From assembly GCA_018883245.1 (NCBI GenBank), contig VEQL01000010.1:9514-73513 (forward strand): a DNA stretch of 64,000 bases, given 5' to 3'. The translations under genes were made by a program, and so were the position numbers. Under the pieces are notes generated by a model. It was not told where the DNA came from, ran no database searches, and was given only the letters and a program-made list of their open reading frames with translations. Positions 1-9,951 of the stretch are shown one piece after another (within the stretch, counting starts at the first letter, position 1; every line of letters begins with the position of its first letter). Source of the stretch: Chthoniobacterales bacterium. Lineage in GTDB: Bacteria > Verrucomicrobiota > Verrucomicrobiia > Chthoniobacterales > JACTMZ01.

Positions 1-2700
1 GACATGCAGCTTAATGCTGCGCCATTTCTTGGGGCCATCGGCAACGTGCAACGCCAGATCCGCAATCTGCAGGTCGTCACTGCGGGGATAACCGGAGCAT
101 TCGTTGCAGCACGAGCCGCCATGGCCGGAGTGAGCTCCGTGATGTCACAGATGAAAGGAGCACTGGATCTCGGTGGCCAGCTAAGCGACCTAAGCGCTTC
201 GACTGGTGCCAGCGTGAGCGAGTTGGTTGTGCTCAGGCAAGCCCTGCAAAATGCAGGCATGGGTGCGGAGGCTGCAGGACCAATGATCGCTCGCTTTCAG
301 AAAGCGCTGGCCGGTGTAAACGAGGACGGCGTCACAACAAAAGGCGTTCTGGAAGAACTGGGGATAAATACCTTGGCCCTGAGCCGGATGCCGCTGCAGG
401 ACCAGTTCACCGAACTCTCGCGTGTTATCAGCGCCATCCCCGACCCAGCCGACCGTGCGGCGGCAGCCATCAAACTTTTCGGGCGCTCCGGCGTGGAGAT
501 GCTCGCGTTCTTGCGCGACCCCAAGGCGTTTCAAACTGCATCTGCACAAGTCGGCGAACTCGGAAACGTGCTCCAGGCCAACGCTGCGCGTTTCGATTCG
601 GTCAGCGATGCAATCGAAGCCCTCGGCGGCAAGGTGAATCAGTTCTTTGTCGGATTCATGTCGGAGGTAACGGGCCTCGGCGTCTTCGAGGAACTTTCCA
701 AGATGGATTTCACCGGCATCGGTCAATCCGTGGGACAAATGGCAAACAGCTTTTTCTCCATGGCCAAGTCGATGCAGTCGCTCATACCTCTGTTTGCCAC
801 CTTCGGCGCGGCTATCTTCGCCAGCAGATCCGGCCTCACGCAGGCCGTGATAACTGCCGGCGGCCAAGTCCCCGCGGCCATGGCGTCGATGTCAGCAGCC
901 GTGGCTTCGGCCCGGGCGAATCTGGTTTCCATGGGCGCAACAGCCCGTGCGGCATTTTCGACTGTGGCTGGCGATGCCCAACGCGCGGCGGCTTCGGCGG
1001 CCGCAATGGGGCCGATTTCAATGAACCTCCGGGCAGCGTTTACTCCATTGGCCACCGCGCTGGCCCCGCTCACCGCAGCCATGACAAATCCCCGCGCTGC
1101 CATAGCATCCCTCGGAGTTGCCGCGCGCACATCGTTCGCAGCGGTCACAGCTTCCGCGCAACAGGCAGCTGCAGCCGTAAGCTCATCGGTTTCCGCTGCT
1201 GCGCAGAGGTCGCAAGCATCCATGGTTTCAATGGCAGCATCGATCCGCGCCTCCATGGTCAACATGGGTGCCTCAGCCCGCGCCACAGCCACAGCCATAT
1301 CTTCGTCGGTGACAGGCACCGCCACATCGGTCTCCGCCGCCATGGCCAGCCCCCGCGCAACGCTGGCTTCATTTGCCGCCAGCGCCCGTGCCGCCTTTGC
1401 CACCATGACCGTTTCAGCACGAGCTGCTGCGGCAGGCAGTGCGGCTGCAATCACATCATCGATGGGCATGACACGTGCTGCTCTGGCATCTGTCGGCGTG
1501 GCTGCACGCTCCGCTTTCACAGGAATGGTTGCATCATCACGTGCAGCCGGTGTGGCCATGAAGGGTGCGCTTATTTCAACCGGCATCGGTGCAGCCATCG
1601 TGGCCATTGGCATGGCGATAGAGGCCGTCATGGGAAAGTTCAACCGCATGCAAGAAGGCACGCGGGCACAAAAGAACGTGGGTGATGAAAGCTCCCGCCT
1701 GCTCACGGGCAACGCGACCAAGATAAAAGCGGTATCGAGCGAGGAGGAACGTCAGAGCCTGATGGCAGAGTTAGATTCCCAGGTCGAAGAGACACGCCGC
1801 AGGTTGGGAAATCTCAACGACGAGTTTGAAAACCTCGACGATGACGCCTTGGCCGCCGTGGCGGAACAGCTTTCGCAGCAAGTGGGCTGGATAGAGCGCC
1901 AAAAGCAAACGCTGGCAAACATTCCTCAGGCATACATTGCGGCGAATGCAGCCGAAAAAGCCCGCGCACAGGCTTTGGCAGAAAGTAAACAGCGGGCTGA
2001 GGAACTCGCCAAGGAACTCGAACGCACTATGAAGGCACGCGACGAAAAGGGGGCACAATCAGCATTGGACGCCATGGTCCCGGACGATGCCGAGCGCAAA
2101 CTTCTCAGCCAGGCTGGATCTTCCAGCGCACAGGCTCTCTCCGACTACATCAATGAACAGAATGCACGCGCAGACCTTACCGATGCCGAAAAGGAGCGAC
2201 TCTTGGAACTTGTGGCCATCGAGGAGAAGTTGCTCGCAGTCAAAAAGCGGCAGTCCGAGGAGGAGACACGACGCGCCGAGCAGCAAAAGCAACTCGCCGA
2301 AATGCGCAGCGACTTAATGTTGGAGGCCGAGAAGGTGGCTGCCGAAGCATCCGGGGATAAGGAGCGCGTGAAAGCCCTCGAGCAGGAGAAGCGCGCGGGT
2401 GAAGTGGCCAAGCAATTAGAGGCCCAGGGAGAAGACCCCGCCACGGCAGCGGAGATCGGACGCAAGCAGGCGGAGTTGGAGCAACTACGCCAGGAATCTG
2501 GAGGCGCAGCTACCCGACCACCTGTGCAAGTCGCAGATTCATTCCGCCAAGTCGGTCTCGGCGGACGCTTCTTCGGCGAAGACCGCCAACCGCAGCAGGA
2601 AATGGTGCGCAAGCAGGCGGAATCAAACCGTTTGCTCGCGGACATCCGCAGCTTGCTGGCCAACCCGCCACGCCGTTTCTACGCCGAGGCTTTCGACTAA
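1..2700 (+). CDS. Phage tail tape measure protein (probably 5'-truncated by the window)
   Basis: 898+ aa Ala-rich helical protein with TMP-like segments (AAAAIKLFGRSGVEML; ALISTGIGAAIVAIG) and a charged coiled-coil C-terminus; frame is open to base 1. Confidence 0.8.
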   Translation, partial: DMQLNAAPFLGAIGNVQRQIRNLQVVTAGITGAFVAARAAMAGVSSVMSQMKGALDLGGQLSDLSASTGASVSELVVLRQALQNAGMGAEAAGPMIARFQKALAGVNEDGVTTKGVLEELGINTLALSRMPLQDQFTELSRVISAIPDPADRAAAAIKLFGRSGVEMLAFLRDPKAFQTASAQVGELGNVLQANAARFDSVSDAIEALGGKVNQFFVGFMSEVTGLGVFEELSKMDFTGIGQSVGQMANSFFSMAKSMQSLIPLFATFGAAIFASRSGLTQAVITAGGQVPAAMASMSAAVASARANLVSMGATARAAFSTVAGDAQRAAASAAAMGPISMNLRAAFTPLATALAPLTAAMTNPRAAIASLGVAARTSFAAVTASAQQAAAAVSSSVSAAAQRSQASMVSMAASIRASMVNMGASARATATAISSSVTGTATSVSAAMASPRATLASFAASARAAFATMTVSARAAAAGSAAAITSSMGMTRAALASVGVAARSAFTGMVASSRAAGVAMKGALISTGIGAAIVAIGMAIEAVMGKFNRMQEGTRAQKNVGDESSRLLTGNATKIKAVSSEEERQSLMAELDSQVEETRRRLGNLNDEFENLDDDALAAVAEQLSQQVGWIERQKQTLANIPQAYIAANAAEKARAQALAESKQRAEELAKELERTMKARDEKGAQSALDAMVPDDAERKLLSQAGSSSAQALSDYINEQNARADLTDAEKERLLELVAIEEKLLAVKKRQSEEETRRAEQQKQLAEMRSDLMLEAEKVAAEASGDKERVKALEQEKRAGEVAKQLEAQGEDPATAAEIGRKQAELEQLRQESGGAATRPPVQVADSFRQVGLGGRFFGEDRQPQQEMVRKQAESNRLLADIRSLLANPPRRFYAEAFD

Positions 2701-2711
2701 GCGTAATAACC

Positions 2712-3446
2712 ATGCAACTGGCAGGACTTTCTTTGAGCTGCGAGAAGACCGGTGCGGTCACCATTCGTGTGCCTTACTACGGAGAAACCCTCTCCGAAGC
2801 CATAGGGGCAATTCCGGATTCGTTCAACGGAGCAAAGCGCACGGGATACGACGTGCGTCAGGAGGACAGCGGCAAGTTCATTGCAAGCGCTGTCTTCGAG
2901 GGAGTCATGGGCAGTGATGGCGGCGGGGGCGGCGGTGGCGGCGGGGGCGGAGACGACGAAAATCGCACCGTCTATGACTGGTCGCCGTCTTTCGAGCAGG
3001 CCGACATTCGCACACACCCGAAGTTTGCCGACCTGCTCAAGAAATACTACGGCACTCTCGACGAGAACGAAGAGGTCACGTGGGGAAAATACATCCCTCA
3101 AGGAACAGGCTCCGGGGGCGGACTCGGCGGCAGCGGCGGTTCAGCCAACTTCATGGACAACCCAATGCGAGGAGTGCGCGAATACTTTGCACTCGGTGGC
3201 GTGTGGTCGCAAAAGCGCGTTTACTCGTCCATACCCGGCGACGTGTTCGCCAGCGTGGGTCGAATCACCGACAACCCGCCGGGCAATCTCCCCTCACCCG
3301 GCAACCGCTTCTGGCTCACGCTGCCTCCGGTTGTCACCCAGAAAGGTCAGCAGTGGGAGGTGACAAGGCGCTGGATGCTCTCGGGCGAGAAATCCTCCGG
3401 CGCCAAAGAGGCCGCCAGAGACATCTACGAATCATTGGATGGTTAA
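2712..3446 (+). CDS. Phage hypothetical protein (distal-tail position), with poly-Gly tract
   Basis: Directly follows the TMP; overlaps the next gene; 244 aa. Confidence 0.7.
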   Translation: MQLAGLSLSCEKTGAVTIRVPYYGETLSEAIGAIPDSFNGAKRTGYDVRQEDSGKFIASAVFEGVMGSDGGGGGGGGGGGDDENRTVYDWSPSFEQADIRTHPKFADLLKKYYGTLDENEEVTWGKYIPQGTGSGGGLGGSGGSANFMDNPMRGVREYFALGGVWSQKRVYSSIPGDVFASVGRITDNPPGNLPSPGNRFWLTLPPVVTQKGQQWEVTRRWMLSGEKSSGAKEAARDIYESLDG

Positions 3447-4014
3447 GGAACTCGAAGAACTTCTCGCGCGTCCGGGCCAACGCATCAAACCACGGCTGGC
3501 AAAGTTTCTCCCGTGGCTCAAAAGCCAGCAACTCGCCGCAGGGCGGGGCATCCGCCTCATCAAGTCGGAGACAGGCACAGTCATCAAAGCGGCTGTGCCA
3601 ACGCAGACATTTGTAGGGGCGTTCTACGTCACTCCGGTCAACGACAACGAACTCATCGTCGGTGCGGGCTACGTGAACGGGATCGAGCCGACCATTGACG
3701 GCGTGAAAATCAGCGGAAAAGCGGGCGATTCCCCGCCGACATTGCCCATGCCCTCGGAGTTCAATGACGGGCGGGCATGGGTTTACGTGGAAGTCACCAT
3801 CAATGAGGCAACCAAGCGCATCGACGAGAAGAACCCGGAGGCCGTGATCATGGTCACAGGGGGCACTGCGGCAACCGACGACAAGTTCAAAGGAAGACAT
3901 CCGGTGGCAATGCTCATCAAGCTCAAGAACGGTTCGATTGGCGCACGGCAAATCTCCTACTTCTCGCTTCGCCATGCCTTTCGCGACAACAGGCACTTCT
4001 TCATCCCGGCATGA
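3439..4014 (+). CDS. Phage hypothetical tail protein
   Basis: Overlaps both neighbours (ATGA at 4011-4014); shares an AGxVNGxxP motif with the next gene. Confidence 0.7.
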   Translation: MVKELEELLARPGQRIKPRLAKFLPWLKSQQLAAGRGIRLIKSETGTVIKAAVPTQTFVGAFYVTPVNDNELIVGAGYVNGIEPTIDGVKISGKAGDSPPTLPMPSEFNDGRAWVYVEVTINEATKRIDEKNPEAVIMVTGGTAATDDKFKGRHPVAMLIKLKNGSIGARQISYFSLRHAFRDNRHFFIPA

Positions 4015-5009
4015 AGGTATTGGCCACGGCTTGGAATACCGCACTGAAGGCAGCAGGAGCGCTTCATGCGCAGGCGGGTCCGGGCGTGCTGATCCACCGC
4101 GCCAAGGAAACCACCGTGTCTCTCGCGGAAGATGTGGGGCAGTGGCGTCATCCGTGGTCGGTCATGCTTTGCTGGATCAACGGCAAATGGCACTTCACGG
4201 TGAAGGCCGGTTTCGTCAATGGATTCGATCCTCTGGTGCCCGGCACGGCACCGCCTCCAACAAAGGAAAACCCAAAGCCGCAGGATCTCGGTTTGATCGA
4301 TGCCGGATGGATTCCCGTGGGAGCAACACGCCCAGTCGGGTCCGACGGAAGCGCGGTTCCGGCCTTTTTCAAAAAGCTCGGAGTCAAGCAGGTGAAAGCA
4401 CCGGATGTGACATTGGCCAACTTCGACAACTTCAATCTGGCCGAATTGGACACCGATCCCGGCACCCGCAGTCTGGTGGCATTCGACATCTTCGTCACCG
4501 TGGCACGCGCCACCTATTCAATGACGCCGACCATCACCAACAACATCGTGCTTGGTTCATTGGTCGAATACTCGGTGGTCTACGACACGAGATCGTTGGA
4601 TGTGTTCGGAGCACGTGCACGACTGAACCAAGCGCCAATCATGGAGGAAAAGCTTCCATTGGACTTGGCAACCCGACTTTCCGGCGCCGTGGGCGATGAC
4701 GGCTTGGACAAAATCCTCATTGCCACGTGCTACTTGCTATCTCCGGAGGGCCAGGCTGGAGACAAGCCGGATGACAACTGGTGGCCATACGTGCAGAACA
4801 AGTGCTTCTGGAACCTTGCCCATAAGGCAAGGAACGCAATGCCGGTGAACATTCCGCAGCTTGGCGGCGTGGCGGGGCTCTTTGCCCTAACCTCGCGATA
4901 CACGCTGGCCCCGGCAGCGCTCCACGCCGCCCAAGAGGCCGAAATCCAGCGCATCGCCGAGGTGCTTTTCAACTCCACCACAAACGAAGGCGTTTTCTGG
5001 AACGCATGA
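4011..5009 (+). CDS. Phage hypothetical tail protein
   Basis: ATGA coupling at both ends; 332 aa. Confidence 0.7.
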   Translation: MKVLATAWNTALKAAGALHAQAGPGVLIHRAKETTVSLAEDVGQWRHPWSVMLCWINGKWHFTVKAGFVNGFDPLVPGTAPPPTKENPKPQDLGLIDAGWIPVGATRPVGSDGSAVPAFFKKLGVKQVKAPDVTLANFDNFNLAELDTDPGTRSLVAFDIFVTVARATYSMTPTITNNIVLGSLVEYSVVYDTRSLDVFGARARLNQAPIMEEKLPLDLATRLSGAVGDDGLDKILIATCYLLSPEGQAGDKPDDNWWPYVQNKCFWNLAHKARNAMPVNIPQLGGVAGLFALTSRYTLAPAALHAAQEAEIQRIAEVLFNSTTNEGVFWNA

Positions 5010-5188
5010 CCGAGAAATACGGACTCAACAAAATGGCGCGGCTCAAAGCCGAGCGGGAAAAGGAGTTCGCCTCCTCCAATCAGGAAATCAGGCTCAATCC
5101 GAAGTTTCCCTACTATGTGATTGCCTTCTCTCCGCAAACTTTCGGCATCACCTACTACAGCGACGCGCCGCCGGAAACCGAGCTTTGA
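5006..5188 (+). CDS. Small phage hypothetical protein
   Basis: ATGA overlap with the upstream gene; fills the gap before 5207. Confidence 0.55.
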   Translation: MTEKYGLNKMARLKAEREKEFASSNQEIRLNPKFPYYVIAFSPQTFGITYYSDAPPETEL

Positions 5189-5206
5189 CAAGCTGCGTGC
5201 TGGTAA

Positions 5207-7852
5207 ATGCGCCAGCTCCTATTTGCCGACCTGACCCGCAGGGTTCTCTCGACAAGCACAGCGGGAGACACCTTCACATTCCCGTCGCTCACCGCGGGTG
5301 ACACTCTCGCGATGTCGTTCAGATTCCTCCAGCGAATCGGCAGCAGCACACCCACGGAAACTTATCCGAAAATCCGTGCCGCTCGGGCATCAGTAGGGTT
5401 TCTCGACCAACGACCAGCGCGCGGCAGCTTCGCACTCAAAGTCGGGAGCGGAACGACAAGCTCGCTCAATACCAGCGCGATCCTGCCGCACAACTCCACG
5501 GCCGCCCAAGTGAAGGCCGCACTCGCCCCATTGGCCACGATTCCCGCCGGAGTCGAGGTCACTTACGAGGACGGCAGCTACCTCATCCGTTGCGAGGACG
5601 GACGGAAACTTGATCTCAGCGTGGTGCACAACGCGCTTTTCCCCACGAGCTTCGGTCGCGTTTTCGCCTACGAGGTCAACAACGAGTGGATGCACGAACT
5701 CCGCCTGGTCCAGGCGCCTCTAGCCCACACGGATTCATCGCAGCGAGTTCTGCCACTGGCGCCGTTTGTGACCACCATCCAAGACGGTTACACCAGCCCG
5801 GACGGCCTTTTTGCCTATCCCGAGATCCAGCAACTCACCATTCCGCCCGACTTCCGCGGCTCCTACCAACTCAAGCTCGAGGGCTACTACCGCACCGACA
5901 TCCTCGATCTGGCCGACGGTCCAACGGAAATCCAGACCGCACTCAACAAGATGCTCGCGCAGATCGGGCCGGATCGCTCGGTGAGCGTGACAAATCCCAC
6001 AACCGGCCAGGCGCTCATTACCTTCGGCGGCGAGTGGTATCTAGGCACCGACGTGGAGCAGCTCCAAGCGATTGTGGCTTCGGCACCACCCGGCGACCCA
6101 ACAGTTGAACTCGATCTGAATTCCTCGGAGGTGTGGACCGCGCTGCGCTCGTCGCCGGAAATCGCAGATGTGCCCCTCGAAATCGAGTTCGATGTGCTCG
6201 ACGACACGGCCACTGGCGACGACGACCTGAACGCGGCCTACCGCACGGTGAAAATCCAGTCATCTGTGCGTCTGAAGCGCGCAGTCCTTTTCCCGGGCCT
6301 CACCGGATTGCAGAACGTGGGTTGGCTGCGCGAACCGTCGCCAAAGGACTATGTGCCGTTCACCCCGAGCCAAGTCATTACGGGAAACCAGCACTACGTG
6401 AGTTCGTTCGGAAACGGCACGGACAATCAATACAGCTTCCCGCACAACCTCGGCACCTCGGCGCTTCACGTCACCGTGCGCGAGAACGGCGGAACAAACC
6501 TCCTCGTTTCGCCGGATAGCTACTCGGCAGAGTTCGCCAGCGACAACGAGCTGGTGCTCACGTTCGCAGAGCCCGTCCCCGCCGCGAGTCTTGCCGTCAC
6601 GATTAGCACGGCGGGTCCGGTCACCGCTCAGAACATCCACACCCACATGATTGCGCAAGTCGTCGGCCTTGATTCAATCATCGAGGACCTCGGGCGCCGT
6701 GTTGCCGACCTTGAACTCATGCTGCCACGTCCGGGCGCGGCAAGCGCATCGGCTGCGGCGAAGCCTGCCGCCTATAGCGTGCCGGCCTTCGGTGAGGTTC
6801 TGCCCGATCTAAATCTCATCGGAGGCGAGCAGGAGAACATCACGCTCAGCTCCCAGTTGGTCGCGGAAAAAACGCCCACCGATCCGCCGCAAGCCCCGAC
6901 GGGCACTACCGTGGCAAGCGAAGAGGAGAAGAAACAGCAGGAGAAGGCAACCTCCAAGCGCGATCCTGACGCCCTCGCATCCAACGTGGTCTATCGCGCC
7001 GTGATCCCGGCAATCGGAAGGGCGGCGCAAACTGGTTCCGCACCAAGGAAGGACGCACTGGGCAACGTGATAGAACCGGAAATTCCCGAGGTGACCGCCG
7101 ATCCTGCACTCTGGCCGCGCAAGTCCAGCACGAGACTACCGATACTCCTGCAGGCGATCCAGACCTCCACCATTACCGACACAACCGTGCTGCCCGCATC
7201 CGCAGCGCCAACCGTGTATCGCAACAACTCCCAAGAGGAACTCATCCTGCCCGGCGATTTCGGGCGCCGTGACCAGAGCGTTCCGGCACAGGCGCTCTTT
7301 GGCTTCAGCAAAGGCTCCTACTACCGGGTCAAATCCGAGGGCGGAAACATCTACTACCCGTTGGAGTTCGAGCGCGAGCTGTGGCGCCTATACATCGGAC
7401 CGGAGCAGTTCCCCCGGGATTCGACGCTGGAGGTGACCGGAGAGCTTCGCATGCGCCTAATCGGCGAGTTCTTCGATGCGGCGGCAAAGGACATGCCGCA
7501 GGTAAATCTGGCCGCGCAGTCCATCCTCAAATGCGAGGCGGTGGAAATGCAGAGCGGTGCCCTCATGGGCAGCGGCATCAACACCGTGCTCCTCGGACAG
7601 ACGAAAATCGCCATTTCTCCCGCGCTGGAATCCATGCGCTGGAGCCTGCGCATCAAGAATGAGGACGGCGTGGGCGCATCAAACTGGACAACCTACGGCA
7701 AGAGCACCGCCGGCGAGGGATTTTCCACCCCTGCCGTGCTGCGGCTGCGGCTTGCCGCTTTCGATGTGGATGACACGCAGACCGGTGATGCGCCCGTGCG
7801 CGGGCAAATCGCCATGATCATGCCGCAAACAAAATTGGAGGTGACCGTGTGA
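5207..7852 (+). CDS. Large phage tail/baseplate protein
   Basis: 881 aa, beta-rich; contains a GNGTDNQYSFPHNLGT..VTVRE segment of the kind seen in tail proteins; GTGA overlap with the next gene. Confidence 0.7.
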   Translation: MRQLLFADLTRRVLSTSTAGDTFTFPSLTAGDTLAMSFRFLQRIGSSTPTETYPKIRAARASVGFLDQRPARGSFALKVGSGTTSSLNTSAILPHNSTAAQVKAALAPLATIPAGVEVTYEDGSYLIRCEDGRKLDLSVVHNALFPTSFGRVFAYEVNNEWMHELRLVQAPLAHTDSSQRVLPLAPFVTTIQDGYTSPDGLFAYPEIQQLTIPPDFRGSYQLKLEGYYRTDILDLADGPTEIQTALNKMLAQIGPDRSVSVTNPTTGQALITFGGEWYLGTDVEQLQAIVASAPPGDPTVELDLNSSEVWTALRSSPEIADVPLEIEFDVLDDTATGDDDLNAAYRTVKIQSSVRLKRAVLFPGLTGLQNVGWLREPSPKDYVPFTPSQVITGNQHYVSSFGNGTDNQYSFPHNLGTSALHVTVRENGGTNLLVSPDSYSAEFASDNELVLTFAEPVPAASLAVTISTAGPVTAQNIHTHMIAQVVGLDSIIEDLGRRVADLELMLPRPGAASASAAAKPAAYSVPAFGEVLPDLNLIGGEQENITLSSQLVAEKTPTDPPQAPTGTTVASEEEKKQQEKATSKRDPDALASNVVYRAVIPAIGRAAQTGSAPRKDALGNVIEPEIPEVTADPALWPRKSSTRLPILLQAIQTSTITDTTVLPASAAPTVYRNNSQEELILPGDFGRRDQSVPAQALFGFSKGSYYRVKSEGGNIYYPLEFERELWRLYIGPEQFPRDSTLEVTGELRMRLIGEFFDAAAKDMPQVNLAAQSILKCEAVEMQSGALMGSGINTVLLGQTKIAISPALESMRWSLRIKNEDGVGASNWTTYGKSTAGEGFSTPAVLRLRLAAFDVDDTQTGDAPVRGQIAMIMPQTKLEVTV

Positions 7853-8655
7853 TTATCACCGGAGGCATTACCAAAGTGGACAGCCTGCCATCGCCTGCGC
7901 TCGGGCTCTTGCCCGCCGTGCACGATGCGACCGTCACCGACTTCGCCCCATCCGTGACTGATCCCACAACCGAGGTCACAACGACCGCGCCACTGCCCGC
8001 GCCGGAGCCCAACAGCGTGCTTCGCATCACCGGAACCGGCACGTCGCTTCCGGCATTCGGATCATGGCCCGCGCAGCGCGCCACTCCCGGACAATTCGTG
8101 GCCAGCGACGGGCGGCTCTGGTATCGCGTGCGCCGCTACAGGCAGACCAACTCGTTTTATCCCGAGGTGTTCGAGCGCACGCTCTACACCTTCGCCTTCA
8201 CTCCGGTTTCCCTGCCCTTGCGCGAGCGCTGGAGCTTCTTGCGCGATTTCGACTTCCGCATGTTCAACAACAACACGGACGCGGTGTGGAACGTGGTCTG
8301 GGAAATCGGAGACCGCTCAGCCGATGTGGAACCCTCTCCCATCGGGCCGAACCTGCAGGGCTACACGTGGCGCACACCGCTGATCGACCAGCAGGTGCAT
8401 GTCACCGACGTGGTGGCCCGCCACCGATTCGAGGTGTCGCTCTACCGCGATGTAGGCACAAGCGGCGAGTATTGGACAGGTGCCGTGGGACGCTACGGCA
8501 AAACCGTGGCAGCCCCCGCCGAGACATTGCCACTCACCACGGAATTTGTGCTGCGTGTGCGCCTCTCGTGCTTTGACACAGAAAACGAGGTGCCCGACCC
8601 GCGCGGCTTCATCGCCTATTACGCGACTCATCCCGAACCCGAAATCTTGGAATAA
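7849..8655 (+). CDS. Phage tail protein, paralog of the C-terminal domain of 5207-7852
   Basis: GTG start overlapping the upstream stop; shared motifs YRV..YPxxFERxL and LRxRLxxFD..RGxIA. Confidence 0.7.
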   Translation: MIITGGITKVDSLPSPALGLLPAVHDATVTDFAPSVTDPTTEVTTTAPLPAPEPNSVLRITGTGTSLPAFGSWPAQRATPGQFVASDGRLWYRVRRYRQTNSFYPEVFERTLYTFAFTPVSLPLRERWSFLRDFDFRMFNNNTDAVWNVVWEIGDRSADVEPSPIGPNLQGYTWRTPLIDQQVHVTDVVARHRFEVSLYRDVGTSGEYWTGAVGRYGKTVAAPAETLPLTTEFVLRVRLSCFDTENEVPDPRGFIAYYATHPEPEILE

Positions 8656-8657
8656 TC

Positions 8658-9428
8658 ATGGCAGTCCCGGTCATCAGCGGCACACAAAGCGTATTGGTCT
8701 ACGGAGTCGGCCAGGAATTCCTCTTCCAACTAAGCGCCACCAACAGCCCTTCACAGTGGGCCATCGGCAACAGCGAAACTCTGCCCCACGGCGTCCTCTT
8801 CGACATTTTGCGCGGCACCTTTGCAGGCTCTGGCACCACGCCGGGCATTTGGAATCTCTCGGTCATGGCGCGCAATTCCGATGGGTGGAGCGCCCCGGTT
8901 GCATTCACTTTGGGAATCTTCGAACCCGCCGCCGTGGAGGTATGTCGGCCGGTTTCAATCAACATGGACACCTTGGCCGTCACGGCGGGCGATCCCGAGG
9001 CGGCGCAAACCGAACCGGCCCTTGTCGCAGCAATCACCACCGCGCGCATCAACGACGACCTTGTCTGGAAGCTCAACTTCACCCAAGGCGGCAACAGCGC
9101 AAATGTGCCTTTGGTGATGGCAAAGTTTGCCCTGCGCGGCACGACTGGCCCGGCATTTCTCAAGACTGATGCTCTGGCCTTCCGTAAGACCACGGAAATT
9201 TCGGGCACATCGTTTGTCACCTCGGCCTTCGTCTACGCATCACTGGCAACTCTGCCGCGGCTGGAATCGTGGCTCAAAGACATCGAGACCGACTTGGTGC
9301 AGCACAACAACGTGACATGCGAGTTCGAGCTGGAGATCGAAACCCCGACGCGCGCTCCCGGTCCGCAAACCCAAATCATCACAACGCGTCCGTTCCAGAT
9401 GCGCATATCCACGGACATGGTCCGATAG
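8658..9428 (+). CDS. Phage protein with putative Ig (He_PIG-like) domain
   Basis: VGQEFLFQLSATNSP..LPHGVLFD..GTFAGS..TPGIWNLSVMARNSDG resembles the putative-Ig consensus. Confidence 0.7.
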   Translation: MAVPVISGTQSVLVYGVGQEFLFQLSATNSPSQWAIGNSETLPHGVLFDILRGTFAGSGTTPGIWNLSVMARNSDGWSAPVAFTLGIFEPAAVEVCRPVSINMDTLAVTAGDPEAAQTEPALVAAITTARINDDLVWKLNFTQGGNSANVPLVMAKFALRGTTGPAFLKTDALAFRKTTEISGTSFVTSAFVYASLATLPRLESWLKDIETDLVQHNNVTCEFELEIETPTRAPGPQTQIITTRPFQMRISTDMVR

Positions 9429-9434
9429 ACCAAG

Positions 9435-9950
9435 ATGCCTTCATCAGTCCCGGCGGGTGGTACAGCGGCAATAACTCCCTCGCTCTACGCGGGGCGAATC
9501 GAAGCCATCCGCGCCAAGGTGCTCATCGGCGCCGACACCAATCCCGTGGCCACCGAGTTCCTCGTCGATCAGCGCTTCAACGGCCAGTATTTCGTGAACG
9601 CAAGGTTTCGGCGCGTCGGGGCCTTGCCTCCGGGCATCACCTATTTTCCCGATGCCGCAGGCATCCGATTTTACGGCGTGCCCCAAGTCACCGGCACCTA
9701 CGAGGCGCTCTTTGAAGGCCCGTATCCCGACAATTTCGTGGGCACATCGACCGACGGCAACGCTCTGACCGTGTGCGGCGGCTCGCAGAATCCTAACACC
9801 GGCGTGCAGTCCATTTACGTCTTCGCATGGTGCGTGCGTTTTGTCGTGACCACCAAATCGGCAAACAGCCTCACCTTCGGGCAACTCTATCGCCACATGC
9901 TAGGCACACCGGCCACCGATGCGGCGGCATTCAGGGAGGGATGGGCGTAA
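9435..9950 (+). CDS. Phage protein with Ig-like segment
   Basis: GALPPGITY..FYGVPQVTGTYE resembles the He_PIG LPxGL..GTPTxxGTY pattern. Confidence 0.6.
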   Translation: MPSSVPAGGTAAITPSLYAGRIEAIRAKVLIGADTNPVATEFLVDQRFNGQYFVNARFRRVGALPPGITYFPDAAGIRFYGVPQVTGTYEALFEGPYPDNFVGTSTDGNALTVCGGSQNPNTGVQSIYVFAWCVRFVVTTKSANSLTFGQLYRHMLGTPATDAAAFREGWA

Positions 9951-9951
9951 A

